Of a stretch of 33,929 nt of DNA, positions 1 to 12,950 are shown piece after piece. A program made the position numbers and the translations under genes. The stretch spans positions 1-33,929 of the forward strand of contig CARDEQ010000002.1 in assembly GCA_948958005.1 (NCBI GenBank). Direction: 5' to 3'. This DNA comes from an uncultured Clostridia bacterium (GTDB lineage Bacteria > Bacillota > Clostridia > TANB77 > CAG-508). Under the pieces are notes generated by a model. It was not told the origin of the DNA. It searched no databases and saw only the letters and a program-made list of their open reading frames with translations. Positions within the stretch are counted from its first letter, which is position 1. Each line of letters begins with the position of its first letter.

Positions 1-833
1 ATTAAATGGAAAGGAGCTTTCTTTCAATAATATAAATGATACACATGGTGCTTTAGAATTGTTAAAGGAATTTGATGAGCCAACTGTTGTTGCTTGTAAA
101 CATGGAAATCCTTGTGGTGTTGGTGCTGGAAATGATATATATGAGGCTTGGAAAAAAGCTTTTGAAGCTGATAAAACTTCAATTTTTGGTGGAATTGTTA
201 CAGTCAACAGAGAAGTTACTTTGAAAATGGCCGAGGAAATGAAGGAAATATTCTTAGAAGTTATTGTTGCTCCTTCTTTTGAAAAAGAAGCATTAGAGGT
301 ATTAAAAACAAAGAAAAATCTAAGACTTTTAGAGCTTCCTACAATCTCAGTTAGACCTCCTGAAAATGCTTTAGATATTAAGAAAATAAATGGTGGAATT
401 ATTGTTCAAACTATTGACAGTAAGCTATTAGATGGATATGAAGTTGTAACTAATAGAAAACCTACTGATAAAGAGCTTGAGGATATGATGTTTGGGCTTA
501 AAGTTGTTAAATTTGCTAAGTCTAATGGTATTGTTTTAGCAAAAAATAAGCAAACTATCGGAATTGGTCCTCGGACAGGTTAATAGAATTTGGGCTGTCA
601 AACAATGTGTCCAGCATTCTGAGGAGCTTATTGGTGAAAATGTAACAAATGGTGCAATACTTGCATCAGATGCCTTTTTCCCTTTTGCTGATTGTGTTGA
701 AGAAGCCTATAAAGCTGGAATTACAGCAATTGTACAACCTGGTGGTTCAATTCGCGACCAAGATTCTATTGATAAATGTAATGAATATGGAATTGCAATG
801 ATTTTTACGGGAATGAGACATTTTAAACATTAA
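1..833 (+). CDS. purH: Bifunctional AICAR transformylase/IMP cyclohydrolase PurH. C-terminal ~277 codons only; the 5' end lies outside the window. One CGGN recoding site.
   Basis: Frame 2 reads [41 protein letters not shown] (KHxNPCG hallmark). The 0 frame stops at TAA 581-583 just after CCT CGG ACA. Skipping C572 gives [15 protein letters not shown] and the frame then runs to TAA 831-833. Confidence 0.9.
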
Positions 834-888
834 TTTAATTCCTAATTTTACATATCAAGTAATATAAAAGGTGAAGGGAATTTAATTT

Positions 889-1632
889 ATGGATATATTA
901 GTTAGCGGAGCTTTAGGAAGAATGGGAAAAGAAGTTATCTCTTGTATAGAAAAAGAGCCAGATTTAAACTTTGTCTGTGGCTTTGGTCAAGAGGCAGGTA
1001 ACATTGATAACTTCCCTGTATATAATGATATTTCTAAAATACAAGAAAAAGTTGACGTAATAATAGACTTTTCTCATGCTCATGCTACTTTAGAAATATT
1101 AAAATTTGCAAATGAAAAACATATTCCAATTGTTATTGCTACAACTGGCTTTAATCAAGAGCAGGAAAAGCTTATTAAAAAATACAGTGACACTTTGCCT
1201 ATATTTAGGTCCTCTAATATGTCTTTTGACATAAACCTAATGTGCAAAGTAATTGCACAAATTGCCCCATTCTTTGCAAACACAGATATTGAGATAACAG
1301 AAACGCATCACAAAAACAAAGTAGATGCCCCAAGTGGAACAGCTTTAATGCTTGCAAATACAATAAATGAAGCCCTAGGTGGCAAAATGAAATATATATA
1401 TAATAGGCATGATTTATCACAAAAGAGAGAAGAAAATGAAATAGGTATCAGCTCAATCAGAGGTGGCAATATAGTTGGAGAACATACAGTACAATTCTTT
1501 GGTTTAAATGACACCTTTGAAATAAAACATACCTCTTATTCGAGAACAGTATTTGCAGAAGGTGCAATCAAAGCTTGCAAATTTATTGCCACTCAAGAAA
1601 ATGGACTTTATAACATGAATAATTTAATTTAG
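889..1632 (+). CDS. dapB: 4-hydroxy-tetrahydrodipicolinate reductase
   Basis: Intact 247-aa ORF. It has the N-terminal Rossmann motif VSGALGRMGKEV and the DapB-typical ETHHKNKVDAPSGTA motif. SD AAAGGTGAAGGGA lies upstream. No in-frame CGG. Confidence 0.9.
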   Translation: MDILVSGALGRMGKEVISCIEKEPDLNFVCGFGQEAGNIDNFPVYNDISKIQEKVDVIIDFSHAHATLEILKFANEKHIPIVIATTGFNQEQEKLIKKYSDTLPIFRSSNMSFDINLMCKVIAQIAPFFANTDIEITETHHKNKVDAPSGTALMLANTINEALGGKMKYIYNRHDLSQKREENEIGISSIRGGNIVGEHTVQFFGLNDTFEIKHTSYSRTVFAEGAIKACKFIATQENGLYNMNNLI

Positions 1633-1647
1633 ATATCCTAATTATTT

Positions 1648-1678
1648 AAAATGCTCCTTAGTAAAGGAGCATTTTTAT
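1648..1678. terminator. Rho-independent terminator between the convergent dapB and GltD-like genes
   Basis: 9-bp stem atgctcctt/aaggagcat (1651-1659 and 1664-1672) with a 4-nt loop, flanked by A-run and T-run. Confidence 0.7.
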
Positions 1679-1693
1679 TGAATATATTTATTA

Positions 1694-2948
<1,255 letters not shown>

Positions 2949-2967
2949 TTTCTCCTCCTAAATTGTC

Positions 2968-3525
2968 CTAAATATTTTCTAGCCTTTTTTGTACTTCCTT
3001 TAAATCCTTCCAAAAATCTATCTTCTTTGTCTCATCTCTCAAAAGTGCTGCGGGGTGCCATGTCGGCATATATAGTATTCCATTCTTCTCTATCCATTTC
3101 CCCCTTGAGGCTGTTATTCCGATAACTATCTCCTAAGATATTTTTGAGTGCTACACTTCCTAAGAGCACAATTACTTTTGGCTTCACTAGCATTACCTGC
3201 GAGCGCAAATAATCAATACACGCTTCTGCCTCATCTTTTTCTGGGTTTCTATTCTGTGGTGGTCTGCATTTTACAATATTTGCAATATATACATCCTCTC
3301 TTTTTATTCCAAGTCCTATGAAGGCTTTATCCATGAGTTTTCCTGCCTTTCCTACAAAAGGCTCTCCGAAGAGTATCTTCATCTGCCCCTGGCCCTTCTC
3401 CAATGAACATCAAATCCGCCTCTTTGTTTCCGAACTCCAAATACTATATTTTTTCTTGCACTATGTAATTTACAATTTTTACATTCTTTTATTCCTTCTT
3501 CTAATTCTTCCCATGTATTATACAT
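2968..3525 (-). CDS. udg: Family 4 uracil-DNA glycosylase. 184 aa after 3 CGGN events.
   Basis: Motifs CKNCKL, LMFIGEGPGADED, GEPFVGKAGKL, IANIVKCRPPQNRNP and PTWHPAALLR. ATG at 3525 is preceded by AAAGGGTG. CGG sites at 3430, 3366 and 3119. Stop TAG 2968-2970. Confidence 0.85.
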
Positions 3526-3542
3526 TTTTTCACACCCTTTAA

Positions 3543-4464
3543 TTATACAAGTGGACTTTCTAGAAGCTCAATTTTTCTATTTGAATTTGTATCAATTCTT
3601 GCCCTTGCTCCTATTGGAATAACTGTTTTTAAAAGTCCATGCCCGAAGTTATCTGATTTTATTATTGGGAAGCTGTATTCCCCTTCAAGTGTATCTGAAA
3701 CTATTTGTTCTAAAGTAATGCCACTTTCATGTTCATAGCTTCCAATCCATAATCCTTTTATTTTATCAAACACTCCATTTTGCTTGCATTTATATAAATA
3801 GTTGCTAATCATTCCGTGGAGGACTTTCAAATGCTAAATCCTCTATGAATAATATTTTATCCTGCACATCTACTGTGTATTTTCCTGTTATTAAATTAGT
3901 AAATAACGAAAGGTTTCCTCCGAACTAATACTCCTTCTGCTCTACCCTTTTGTATCACTTTATATTCACTATCATTTTTTCCAAGTTCTAAGCTACCTTC
4001 AATAAATCTTTTTTTCATTTCATCATATCCATAGCTAGTTTCAAGGTCTGCAAGTGTTTTAAAATTTGGCCCATGAAATGTCACTAATCCAGTCTTTGCA
4101 TATATACAGTTAATTAACGAGGTTGGATCACTATATCCACATATTATTTTAGGATTATTTTTGATAATTTCAAAATCTAAATAGTCAAACACAGAATTAA
4201 CATTAAAGCCACCCTTCGCACAGAAAATTGCATCTATTTGCTTATCTTGAAACATCTCATTTATATCCTCGGCTTTATGCTTTGCTGTTTCTCCATATCC
4301 GGCAAGGATTATTATATGCATGTTTTGCAAATTTTACATTTAATCCTAAGTCCTTCATAAGATTGACTGCTCTTTCTATTTCTTCAAGGTTTTCTTCTAA
4401 AATTGGATTTGATCCGTGCAACTACTCCTATTGTGTCTCCTTTTTTTAGTATTTTTGCCTTCAT
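3543..4464 (-). CDS. LD-carboxypeptidase / MccF-like S66 serine peptidase. 305 aa after 4 CGGN events.
   Basis: Motifs: GYSDPTSL nucleophile, GGNLSL, IEDLAFE, NFGHG. CGG sites at 4414, 4299, 3920 and 3814 join the 5' leader ORF, 3896-4330 and 3543-3830. Confidence 0.8.
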
Positions 4465-4473
4465 TAATTCCTC

Positions 4474-5998
4474 CTATCTTTTAAGCAATTGTGCAAGTTC
4501 TACTTTTGATAGCTTTAGGTCTTTATATTTGATTGCTGCTTCTAACTTCATACTTTTAGGCATGTCCTCTAAGTGCTTATTCATAAAGTCCACATTTCCT
4601 TCCTTATATGCGTACTTCATTATTTTGTCTCTTACATCCTTATTATATATATACTCATAGTTTTCGTATAAAAATTTGTAGTTTTTCTCTTTTAATTCTT
4701 TGCTTAAAATTGTTTCTTTTAAGTCTCCATTGTCTATTTTTCCAAAGCTTCCATATACAAAGTCTATGTTTCCTTTTTTATATTCTGTAACTAAAATTTC
4801 ATTTTTTAGCCTTGGTGTAATTGATGTTAAATATCTTTGCACTATTTCTAGTTTCCCATCTTTGTATATTTGAGACAGCACTTGAGTTCTCATTTCAATA
4901 TTTACTTTCATAATGTCAATTGAAAACTCTACCATTTTTCCGCTTCTATATTCTTGCATAAGAATTTCTATTACTTTTTCTGTCTCTTCTACTGCTCTTC
5001 CTTTACTTTCTCTAGCCTCCAAATATTTCTTCTGTACACCTTTTAAATCTCTTTTGTGTTTTTTTACAAATTTATCCTTTCCGATCTTTAAGTGCAAGTC
5101 CTACTAATCGACTCTTTGTTTCTTTATCTAAGTCTTTATATACACCTTCTACATAGTCTATATCGCCTTTAATGTATGCCTCTTTAGCTCTGCCTTCTAA
5201 ATCAATATAATAATTTTCTTTTCCTATCGATTCCATACCATATTGATAGATAAACACGCCTGTATATGAAATATCTATTTTATAATCACGTATTACTTTT
5301 CTATAATCCCAGATTCTCTCGTTGACTGCTGTAAGGTTATAGTCTACCATTTGTTTTACTTTCTCTAGCCCCTTTATTCCTCTTACAACTCCACCCTCTT
5401 GCATAGCAATATATACATCATCTGTTGTAAGAACAGCCTCTTCTGGAACTTTGAAATTTATTAGCCTTTCTACATAATCCTGCGGTAAATTGTTATCTGT
5501 GTACTCAAGCTTTGCTCTAGTATTCTGGAATTTCCCGAAAACTGTGCAGCCACGAAAGTCACATTTTCTTATATCTGCTGAAATTTCCCTAATAGTTTTC
5601 CCATCTAATGAAAGTATTATTGGTCTAATAGTTCCCATGTTTATAATACAGTTTGTATCCTTTAAATTTATTTTTGTTGTGACAAATACCTTTTTTCCAT
5701 TGTTTCTTTCTTTTGCATAACCTGGCATAAAATCGTGAAGGTAAAAGTCACTTAAATCCTCTCCCTCAAAGTCCATTTCGGGTAGTTCTAGATAAAGTGG
5801 TCTTCTTTCACTTTTTCTTGCTTTTTTGTTAAAGGCTTCTGAACATTTATCTCTATAATCTGATGCATATTCTAATGCTTCTTTTTTTTCTAATTTACAA
5901 TAGTTTGGCCAAGGTATTAATTTTGTGCCTTTTAAATTTGCCATTACTTCAAATTTCATTAGTTGCTTATATAAAAGTATTTTTGCTTGTTCATCCAT
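4474..5998 (-). CDS. Hypothetical protein. 507 aa after 1 CGGN event. Contains a thrice-repeated Y-x-K/E-G-D/N-I/V-D-F/Y motif.
   Basis: The 308-aa and 207-aa ORFs fuse at GAT CGG AAA (5081), giving ..LALKD-G-KDKFVKKH. I do not recognise the family. Confidence 0.6.
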
Positions 5999-6026
5999 CT
6001 TCTTAGATTCCTTTCCTCTTTTGTTT

Positions 6027-7399
6027 TTAACTTTTCAAGCTTATTATTGCTGTATTTCTACCTGAATATTCTTTATCTTTTCTATATGAATGCAATTTAT
6101 CTGAATTACATTTTGTACATATCATACTATCTATAATATTTTCGTCTTTTAAGCCTTCCTCCTTTAATATTATCCTATTTGCTAGGGTTGTGTCAATATA
6201 ATATTTGTTATTATTCTGTGATTTTTTTATAATTTGGTCTATTTTTCCTGTTTTTTCAAATTTCTTTTCAAACATATTTTTTACATCCTCGTCCACTTCA
6301 AAGCAGCACTCTTTAATGCATGGACCTATACAGCAAATCAGCTTATCTGGATTTATTCCATACTCATCTTTTAAACCTCTTACTGCTCTTTTTGCAATTT
6401 CTTGAAAGGTTCCCTTCCACCCTGAATGGATATTTCCGAATCACATTTTTTTCTGGAGCATAGAAATACAGTGCAGTACAATCTGCAAATATTAGCGATA
6501 ATATTTTATCCTTCACATCTGTAACTAGTCCATCTACGTTCTCGATATTATTTATCCCTATGCTTTCCTCTACTACTGCTATTTCTCTTGAATGAGTTTG
6601 CTTTGGTCTACAAATGTTTTTGCTATCCATCCCTAAAGCATCACATATTGCTTTATAGTCTCTTATAACTGCTTTTGGGTCATCTAGTTTAAAGTTTAGC
6701 GGTTTTAGAGTATAGCAATGTGATATGTACTCTGAATAATTTAGTAATTTTCTAAATTGCAAATACTCAATGTCTCCTTCTTTTACCTGTATCACATTTC
6801 TATTTGATAGATTTTTTCCATTAAATATATCTTCTATTGCATCACCTATTGCATCTTTTCCTCCATGATTATCTATTACATAATCACAATTTATCTTAAA
6901 GTATTCATTTGTTTTTTGACTTTGAAGCCTAGATTTTGCATCCTTGTCACTTATTAAATCCCTTGCACATATTCTACTAATGCAAAGCTTCTCGTTTGCA
7001 AGCACACCAATTGTTATATCGCAAATTTTATTTAATCCCATTTCAAATAAAAGTGGTGCATCTATGACTACTTTTATATCTAACTTTTCAAATTCTTTTA
7101 CATATTCTAATATTTTAGGCACAATAAATTTTACTGTTAATTCATCTATTTTAGTTTTTGCATCTTTATTTGAAAATATCAGTTTAGCAAGCTTTATTCT
7201 GTCTAGTTCTCCGATTTTCAAGAAGAATTTCCTTTCCGAAGGTTTCTACTATTTTTTTATAATAATCTTCTCCCTTCTTTTGGCACGACCTAACTATTTT
7301 ATCTGCATTTATGTGCTCCGCCTCATATAAATCACAAATCTCTTTTGCAGCAGTTGTCTTTCCTGCTCCTGAAACACCTGTTATTCCTATTACTTGCAT
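6027..7399 (-). CDS. coaE: Fusion of dephospho-CoA kinase (N-terminal) with a PgeF/YfiH DUF152 laccase-domain protein (C-terminal). 456 aa after 2 CGGN events.
   Basis: CoaE part: IGITGVSGAGKTT P-loop and ..ENGELDRIKLAKLIF... The frame continues without a stop into the PgeF part: RPKQTHS, LIFADCTAL, IGNIHSGWKGT, CIGPCIKECCFEV, HSYRKD. CGG sites at 7211 and 6436. Confidence 0.8.
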
Positions 7400-7404
7400 A
7401 AGCT

Positions 7405-10400
7405 TTAATTCTCCTCACTTAATTTTTCCCAAATTTCCTCTTCTGTAAGTTTTGGGATATAGTTATATTCATTGCAGAATTTGTTTTTATCAAACTGACA
7501 TATTGCTCTATATGAGCAATATCCACATGGAGTAGATTTTTCCTTATAATATGGCTTTATATCTATTTTACCATTTAGGATTTCTTTTGATATATTTTTT
7601 ATAGTTTTTATTATATATTTTTGTAATATTTTAAATCCATCTTTACTTACTGTATTTGATTTTGCAGCTGATATTTCTCCGTTTAGATGTTATATATGCT
7701 GGAACTATGCTTGATGCACCTGTTTCTAAAGATTTATCCATCATCCTTATTAACTTCACATCTGCTGTAAGTAATCCATTCATTCTAAAGTTTTTCTTTA
7801 TATCCTCCTCGATTTCTTCTACACTCTTTCTTTTATCAAGTTTTTCCTCTATTAGGTTAAAATATAATACTGCTGCTGGCTCTAAATCCTCTAGTTTTGT
7901 TACAGCATCTAGATATGTTAAAAGTTGAAGTTTTAATCCATATACCACATCATTTAATTCTATGTAGTTTTTCGAAGATTTGTAGTCTATTATCCTTAAA
8001 TATCCTCCTTCTTCATCTCTTGCGATATCTATTCTGTCTATTTTACCGCGTTATTTCTACCTTTTTACCATTGTCTAGCTTTATTTCAATTGGTGGATAT
8101 TTTTTATTTTCACCAAATTCTACTTCATGACCAAACACATCAAAATCACTTTCTGTTATTGATAAAATTATATATTTCATTGCTTTTAATATTAATTTTT
8201 TCAATCTGAAGGTTTGATTTCTGAACTTTGCTGAGCTTATAAAGATTTGGTTTTGTGGTAATATTAGTTTTTCTTCTATTATTTTTTCTATTATGCTTTT
8301 AACCTCGGCTTCTTCTAATTGCTTTATATTTAATCCGTCTTATTTCTATTTCTTCAAAGAAACTATCTATCACATCATGCATAAAACTTCCTGTGTCTAG
8401 GCTCTCTAGTTTAAAGCTTTCTTTTTCTTTTAACTTCAGCCCATAGGTTAGATAAAAAGAAAATGGGCATTTTTGATAGCTTTCCAGCTTTGATACACTG
8501 GTTTTTAATACCTCCCCATAAAGTCTCTCTATATTTTCCTTTTTTATATCTGCTGGAATGTTTGAAAAGTCTAGGCCCTTTATTGCATTTTCTAACCTGC
8601 TTCTCCATTTTTCGTCTTCTTCAAATATTTTATATATTTCAAACCATACTTTATCTATTGTTGCTCCATCTTTGAAGCTTCTAAGGCTTAATAAAAGTTC
8701 GTCAAATACGGCTACTTTCTTTGAAATTACCATTTCCTTTTTTATTATATCGCTTTTTTCTTTTAATTTTGGATATACTTTTTTTATCTTTAAAAGTAGT
8801 GTTGATGGCTTCTGACCTTCTCCATTACTGTCTGAAGATACATATGACATATATATCTTCTCTTCACCTGCTGTAAAGGCTTTATATATATTAAAATTAT
8901 CATTATATAATGCTTCTAGTGTTGTTTTTGCAAGCTCTACTTCCATTTCCTTTAATTTTTCTCTATCGCTATCATTAAAAAAGCCCTCGTTATTTTTTAC
9001 ACTTGGAAAGCTTCCATCATTTAGACCTATTATAAAAATAACTTTTACTGTATGGCTTCTTGATCTATCTACGTCTCCTACTGTTACTTGATCAAAACTT
9101 GCTGGTAGTTTGCCGAAGTCCATTTTCTGAAAAAGAGATTTTTAAAAAAGCTGAATACTTTTCAAATGTTAATACTTCATTATCAAATACCTTTACAATC
9201 TCATCTAATATTTTAACTACTGTATTAAAGCTTGTTATATATTCACTAGCTAAGTCCTGGTTTGTCTCGCTTATGGCTTCTGCCTTTTCTTTTAATATTT
9301 TATCTATTTTATTTTCAATTAAAAATTCATAAATTGCTTTACTTAAATCCTTGCTTTTCATATTTTTATAGCATTTTTCTTTAAATGATAAAAGCGGAGT
9401 TACAACCCTTTTTCTTATACTATTTAAGTATTTTAGTGCCTCTTCATTTTCACCATATTTCCAATCCTCTTTATACCACTTAGAATATTTTATGCCCCAT
9501 TTTTTGCAATAATTCTCTAGTTCATATATTTCTTCGTCTTCAAGCTCCAAAAATTTTGTTTTAACATATGCCATTACACTCTCATATGACCAATTTTTTG
9601 CAAAAACCTCTAAAAGTGAAATAATATATTTTATTAAGATATTTTGGCTTAAAGCTTTTTTTTCGTCAATATACACTGGTATATCGTATTTGGAAAATAT
9701 CGCTTTTATTAATCCTGAATATGTGTCTATATTTTTAGTGATTATGCCTATTTCTTTATACCTATATCCATTTTCTCTTACGTTTTCTACTATCTTTTTG
9801 GCTATATATTCTATTTCTGAATATGGGTTACTTGCTAAAAATAGCTCTATGTTTTTTACTTCTTCTGGGTATTTTTTATATTTATTTGAATAGATATTTT
9901 CCTCCAAATGGATTAGTTCTTTTGATTTGAATCTTTTATTTTCTTTTAAATTTATTGGTGTCCCAATTTCTACATTGTTTGTGTTTGCAATTTTTATTAA
10001 TTTTGATGCTGTTAATTTATTGCTATAAAATATATCATTATCTGCATTTGATGCTTCTAAGTCTAAATTATCTGCACATATTGTTATATTTACCTCATTT
10101 GATATTTTCATTAATTCCTCAATTACTCTATATTCTTGAGGTGTAAATCCGTACAAATTCGTCTATATAAATTATTGAATTTTCAAATGCTTTTGTGTTT
10201 TTTAATTCATTTGCTAAATACGTCAAAGTGTCATTTTCGTCTAAAAATTTCTCTTTTATTGAAGTTTGGAATTTATTATAAATACATTCCATATCTTCTA
10301 ATTTAGCCTTTAAATATTCGTCCTTTGTCTTGATTTTTACTTCATTTAGTCTTTCTACTGTTATATTATGTTTTTTAAACTCTGTTATCGCTCTACTTGC

Positions 10401-10745
10401 AACCTCTATATTTTGTAGATTTTTTCCTAAAAATTTTAATTCCTTTTTTGATTTCTCTAAGATGTCATATATAAGCATTGATTTGCCAAAGCCTTCTATG
10501 CTCTTTAGTTTACCTCCATTTTCATTTATTACTCTGTATGCCATACGTGAAAAAGTTAAGACCTCTGCATTTATTACAGCTCCTGTTCCTAGTTCTTCTA
10601 GCAATTTCTTCTCTGAAGTGAAGGAAAATTGCTCTGGTGTTATTATATATATTTTTTTTGCTTCGTCTATTATCTCTTTTATTTTTTTGAATAAATATGT
10701 ACTTTTTCCGCTTCCGGCTTTTCCATATATCAGGTTAAGTTTCAA
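7405..10745 (-). CDS. addB: Helicase-nuclease complex subunit AddB (RexB). 1111 aa after 5 CGGN events.
   Basis: TTG start 9 nt after GAAGGAG. Motifs: P-loop GKAGSGKST, IDEFVGFTPQE, YQKCPFSFYL, nuclease ITGKIDRID..IIDYKS, and C-terminal CGYCSYRAIC (CxxCx5C Fe-S ligands). CGG sites at 10149, 9113, 8335, 8046 and 7679. Stop TAA 7405-7407. Confidence 0.88.
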
Positions 10746-10747
10746 GG

Positions 10748-11612
10748 CTACATGCTCCTTCTTTGATAAAATAAATATTGCTGTGCAAGTCCTGCTAAGT
10801 CTTTGTATTTTTCTTTTGCTAGGTCCTGCAAAAGCTCTTTAGATACTTTTGTTTCATCAGCTTCTTTTATATATAACTCATTCATTACTCGTCTTACCCA
10901 TACATCTACTGGAAATACTTCAAATCTTTTTAATCCAAAAAGCATTATACAATCTGCGACTTTTCCTCCAACTCCTGGTAATTCCATTAGTCTATCTCGT
11001 AAAACTTTAGTGTCTTTTTCATTCTCTAATTCCTCTAAAGTTATTTTATTTTCTAGAAACATTTTTGTTGTTTCATATATTCTTTTATCTCTGAAGCCAA
11101 GTCCTAAGCCTCTCAAATCTTCTACACTTGCTTGTCCTAGACTATTCATATTAGGAAAGGTATAATACTCTTTTCCCTGATATTCGATTTTATCTCCATA
11201 TTTTTTTGAGATTCGCTCTATTATTCCCTTTATTCTAGGAATATTATTGTTTGCGGAAATTATGAAGGAGATTATTGTTTCCCATAAATCTTGTTTTAAT
11301 ATTCTTATTCCTTTTCCATATTCTACACTCTGTTTTAAGTGTTCATCGATTTTTGCTAATTTTTGCTTTATATCCTCGTATGAGGTTTCTAAATCGAAAT
11401 ATTCATAGCAAATTTTTTCTATATTGCCATCGCATGTTCCTCTAAATATTACTTTTTCTCCGTCTTTTTTTACATTTAAAACATTTCCTTTGAAAACTCC
11501 TGTGTAGCTTCCGATTTTCTTCTTTATTCCATCTAAAGCATTGTCCACAATCAAATATGTCGTTCAATTCAAAAGCTTCACAATTTTCTAAAATATATTC
11601 CTGCTCTTTCAT
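10748..11612 (-). CDS. ogg: 8-oxoguanine DNA glycosylase / HhH-GPD N-glycosylase-lyase. 287 aa after 1 CGGN event.
   Basis: HhH-GPD region LMELPGVGGKVADCIMLFG..FPVDVWV. ATG at 11612 lies 8 nt after AAGGAG. CGG site at 11511 (EEN-G-SYTGVFKG). Confidence 0.8.
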
Positions 11613-11641
11613 ATAGTATTCTCCTTGCCTCTATATACAAT

Positions 11642-11685
11642 AAGAACCCAAAAATCAAAAAGTTAAGTGAGATTTTTGAATTCTT
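11642..11685 (-). terminator. Possible weak AT-rich terminator hairpin downstream of hpf
   Basis: Arms aagaacccaaaaatc / gatttttgaattctt pair at 13 of 15 positions. It is followed by a moderately U-rich tract on the minus-strand transcript. Confidence 0.35.
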
Positions 11686-11717
11686 ATCTGTTATTTAATT
11701 TTATCTAGCCTTTTTTA

Positions 11718-12251
11718 TTATTCTGGCTCAACTAATCCGTAATTTTTTCCATCCTTTAACCTAAAGATAACATTTACTTTTCCTGTATCTACATTTATAA
11801 AGGTTAAGAAGTTGTTTCCTCTCATATCCTCTAGTTTTAATTTTGCGTCCTCTGGTGCTATTGGTTTTATATCATAATATATTGTTTTTAAAATTTCATC
11901 TGTTATTTCCTTTTCCTCTCCTTTAGCAAGTGTTGTTTCCTTTAGTTTTATAGATTCCTCTTTATTTATTCTATCTCTTTTTGTTTTTGCTTTTCTGATT
12001 TGACCTTCTAATATATCTATATCTTTATCTATTGAGGCATATAAGTCTCTATGCTCTGTAACTGCTCTATATGTATTTGTTTTTGTGATAACATGCATTT
12101 CTGCAATTTGCATATCTTTTTCTGTTCTAATTGTAACATTTACATCAAAATCGCCTTCGAAGTATTTTTGTATCCTCTCTAATTTTTTCTCTACATAATC
12201 CTTTATTGCATCTGTTGCTTTTAAATCTTTTCCTGTTATTTTAATGTTCAT
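11718..12251 (-). CDS. hpf: Ribosome hibernation promoting factor, long form
   Basis: Intact 177-aa ORF. MNIKITGKDLKATDAIKDYVEKKLERIQKYF is typical of the YfiA/HPF N-domain, followed by the C-terminal dimerisation domain. No in-frame CGG. Confidence 0.9.
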   Translation of the reverse strand: MNIKITGKDLKATDAIKDYVEKKLERIQKYFEGDFDVNVTIRTEKDMQIAEMHVITKTNTYRAVTEHRDLYASIDKDIDILEGQIRKAKTKRDRINKEESIKLKETTLAKGEEKEITDEILKTIYYDIKPIAPEDAKLKLEDMRGNNFLTFINVDTGKVNVIFRLKDGKNYGLVEPE

Positions 12252-12286
12252 AATTATCTCTCCTATCTTTTTACATCTATGGTCTT

Positions 12287-12315
12287 ATTATACATTAATT
12301 AGTTTGATAAATCAA
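12287..12315 (-). promoter_or_regulatory. Candidate sigma-A promoter for hpf
   Basis: On the minus strand: TTGATT, 17 nt spacer, TATAAT, about 35 nt upstream of the hpf SD. Confidence 0.45.
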
Positions 12316-12397
12316 TAATTTTTATAGAAATTTAGCACTTCTTTTTATTTTATTTTTAATTGATTAATCTATGAGTCAGTTTTATTTGATTTTATGA

Positions 12398-12426
12398 TTG
12401 ACATTCTCTTTAAAATACTATAAAAT
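12398..12426 (+). promoter_or_regulatory. Candidate sigma-A promoter for the Asn/Thr-rich protein gene
   Basis: TTGACA (12398-12403), 17 nt spacer, TAAAAT (12421-12426). Confidence 0.5.
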
Positions 12427-12477
12427 ATCTTTGTATACAAATATTTACTTATGATATTTTATGGAGGTTTTATTAAT

Positions 12478-12879
12478 ATGTCTAGAGTTATAAAGTTTTC
12501 AATTATTTTATTTGCTGTTATTGTTTTAGCAAGTACATTTTCTTACGCGTCAGGTATTGATATGAATTTGTCTAATAAAAATTCTAATAATTCTGCTGTT
12601 GGCAATAATACTAATGCTACTAATAATAATGCAAATAACAATACTGATAATACTAATACAAACACTAATGAAGATACCGATAGCACGGTTTATGGTGCTA
12701 ATCCTACTGCTAATACTAGCACTACTGGAGCATCTGGAAATTTATCTTCTAATGCTGGGTCATCAGCTGCACTTAGTTCTTCTACTTTAGGATTTTCAGA
12801 TATTCTAAATATTATACTAATTGTTATTGGTGTGCTTTTAATACTTTTTGCAATTGCAATTTTGATACGTTTGCGTTAA
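12478..12879 (+). CDS. Small secreted, C-terminally anchored low-complexity (Asn/Thr/Ser-rich) protein, 133 aa
   Basis: GGAGG lies 10 nt before ATG 12478. The N-terminal signal-like segment is FSIILFAVIVLASTFSYASG. A long N/T/S tract follows. The C-terminal hydrophobic helix ILNIILIVIGVLLILFAIAILI ends in RLR. Confidence 0.65.
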   Translation: MSRVIKFSIILFAVIVLASTFSYASGIDMNLSNKNSNNSAVGNNTNATNNNANNNTDNTNTNTNEDTDSTVYGANPTANTSTTGASGNLSSNAGSSAALSSSTLGFSDILNIILIVIGVLLILFAIAILIRLR

Positions 12880-12950
12880 TTTTTGAAAATAAATACTTTG
12901 ATGGAATTTTTTACTGTTTTTATGTTTAAAATTCTTACTATATAAAGCGT

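Noticed and set aside
12451-12477. ATG 12451 as the start of the Asn/Thr-rich protein.
   Set aside because: It has no SD. ATG 12478 has GGAGG 10 nt upstream and begins directly at the signal-peptide-like segment.
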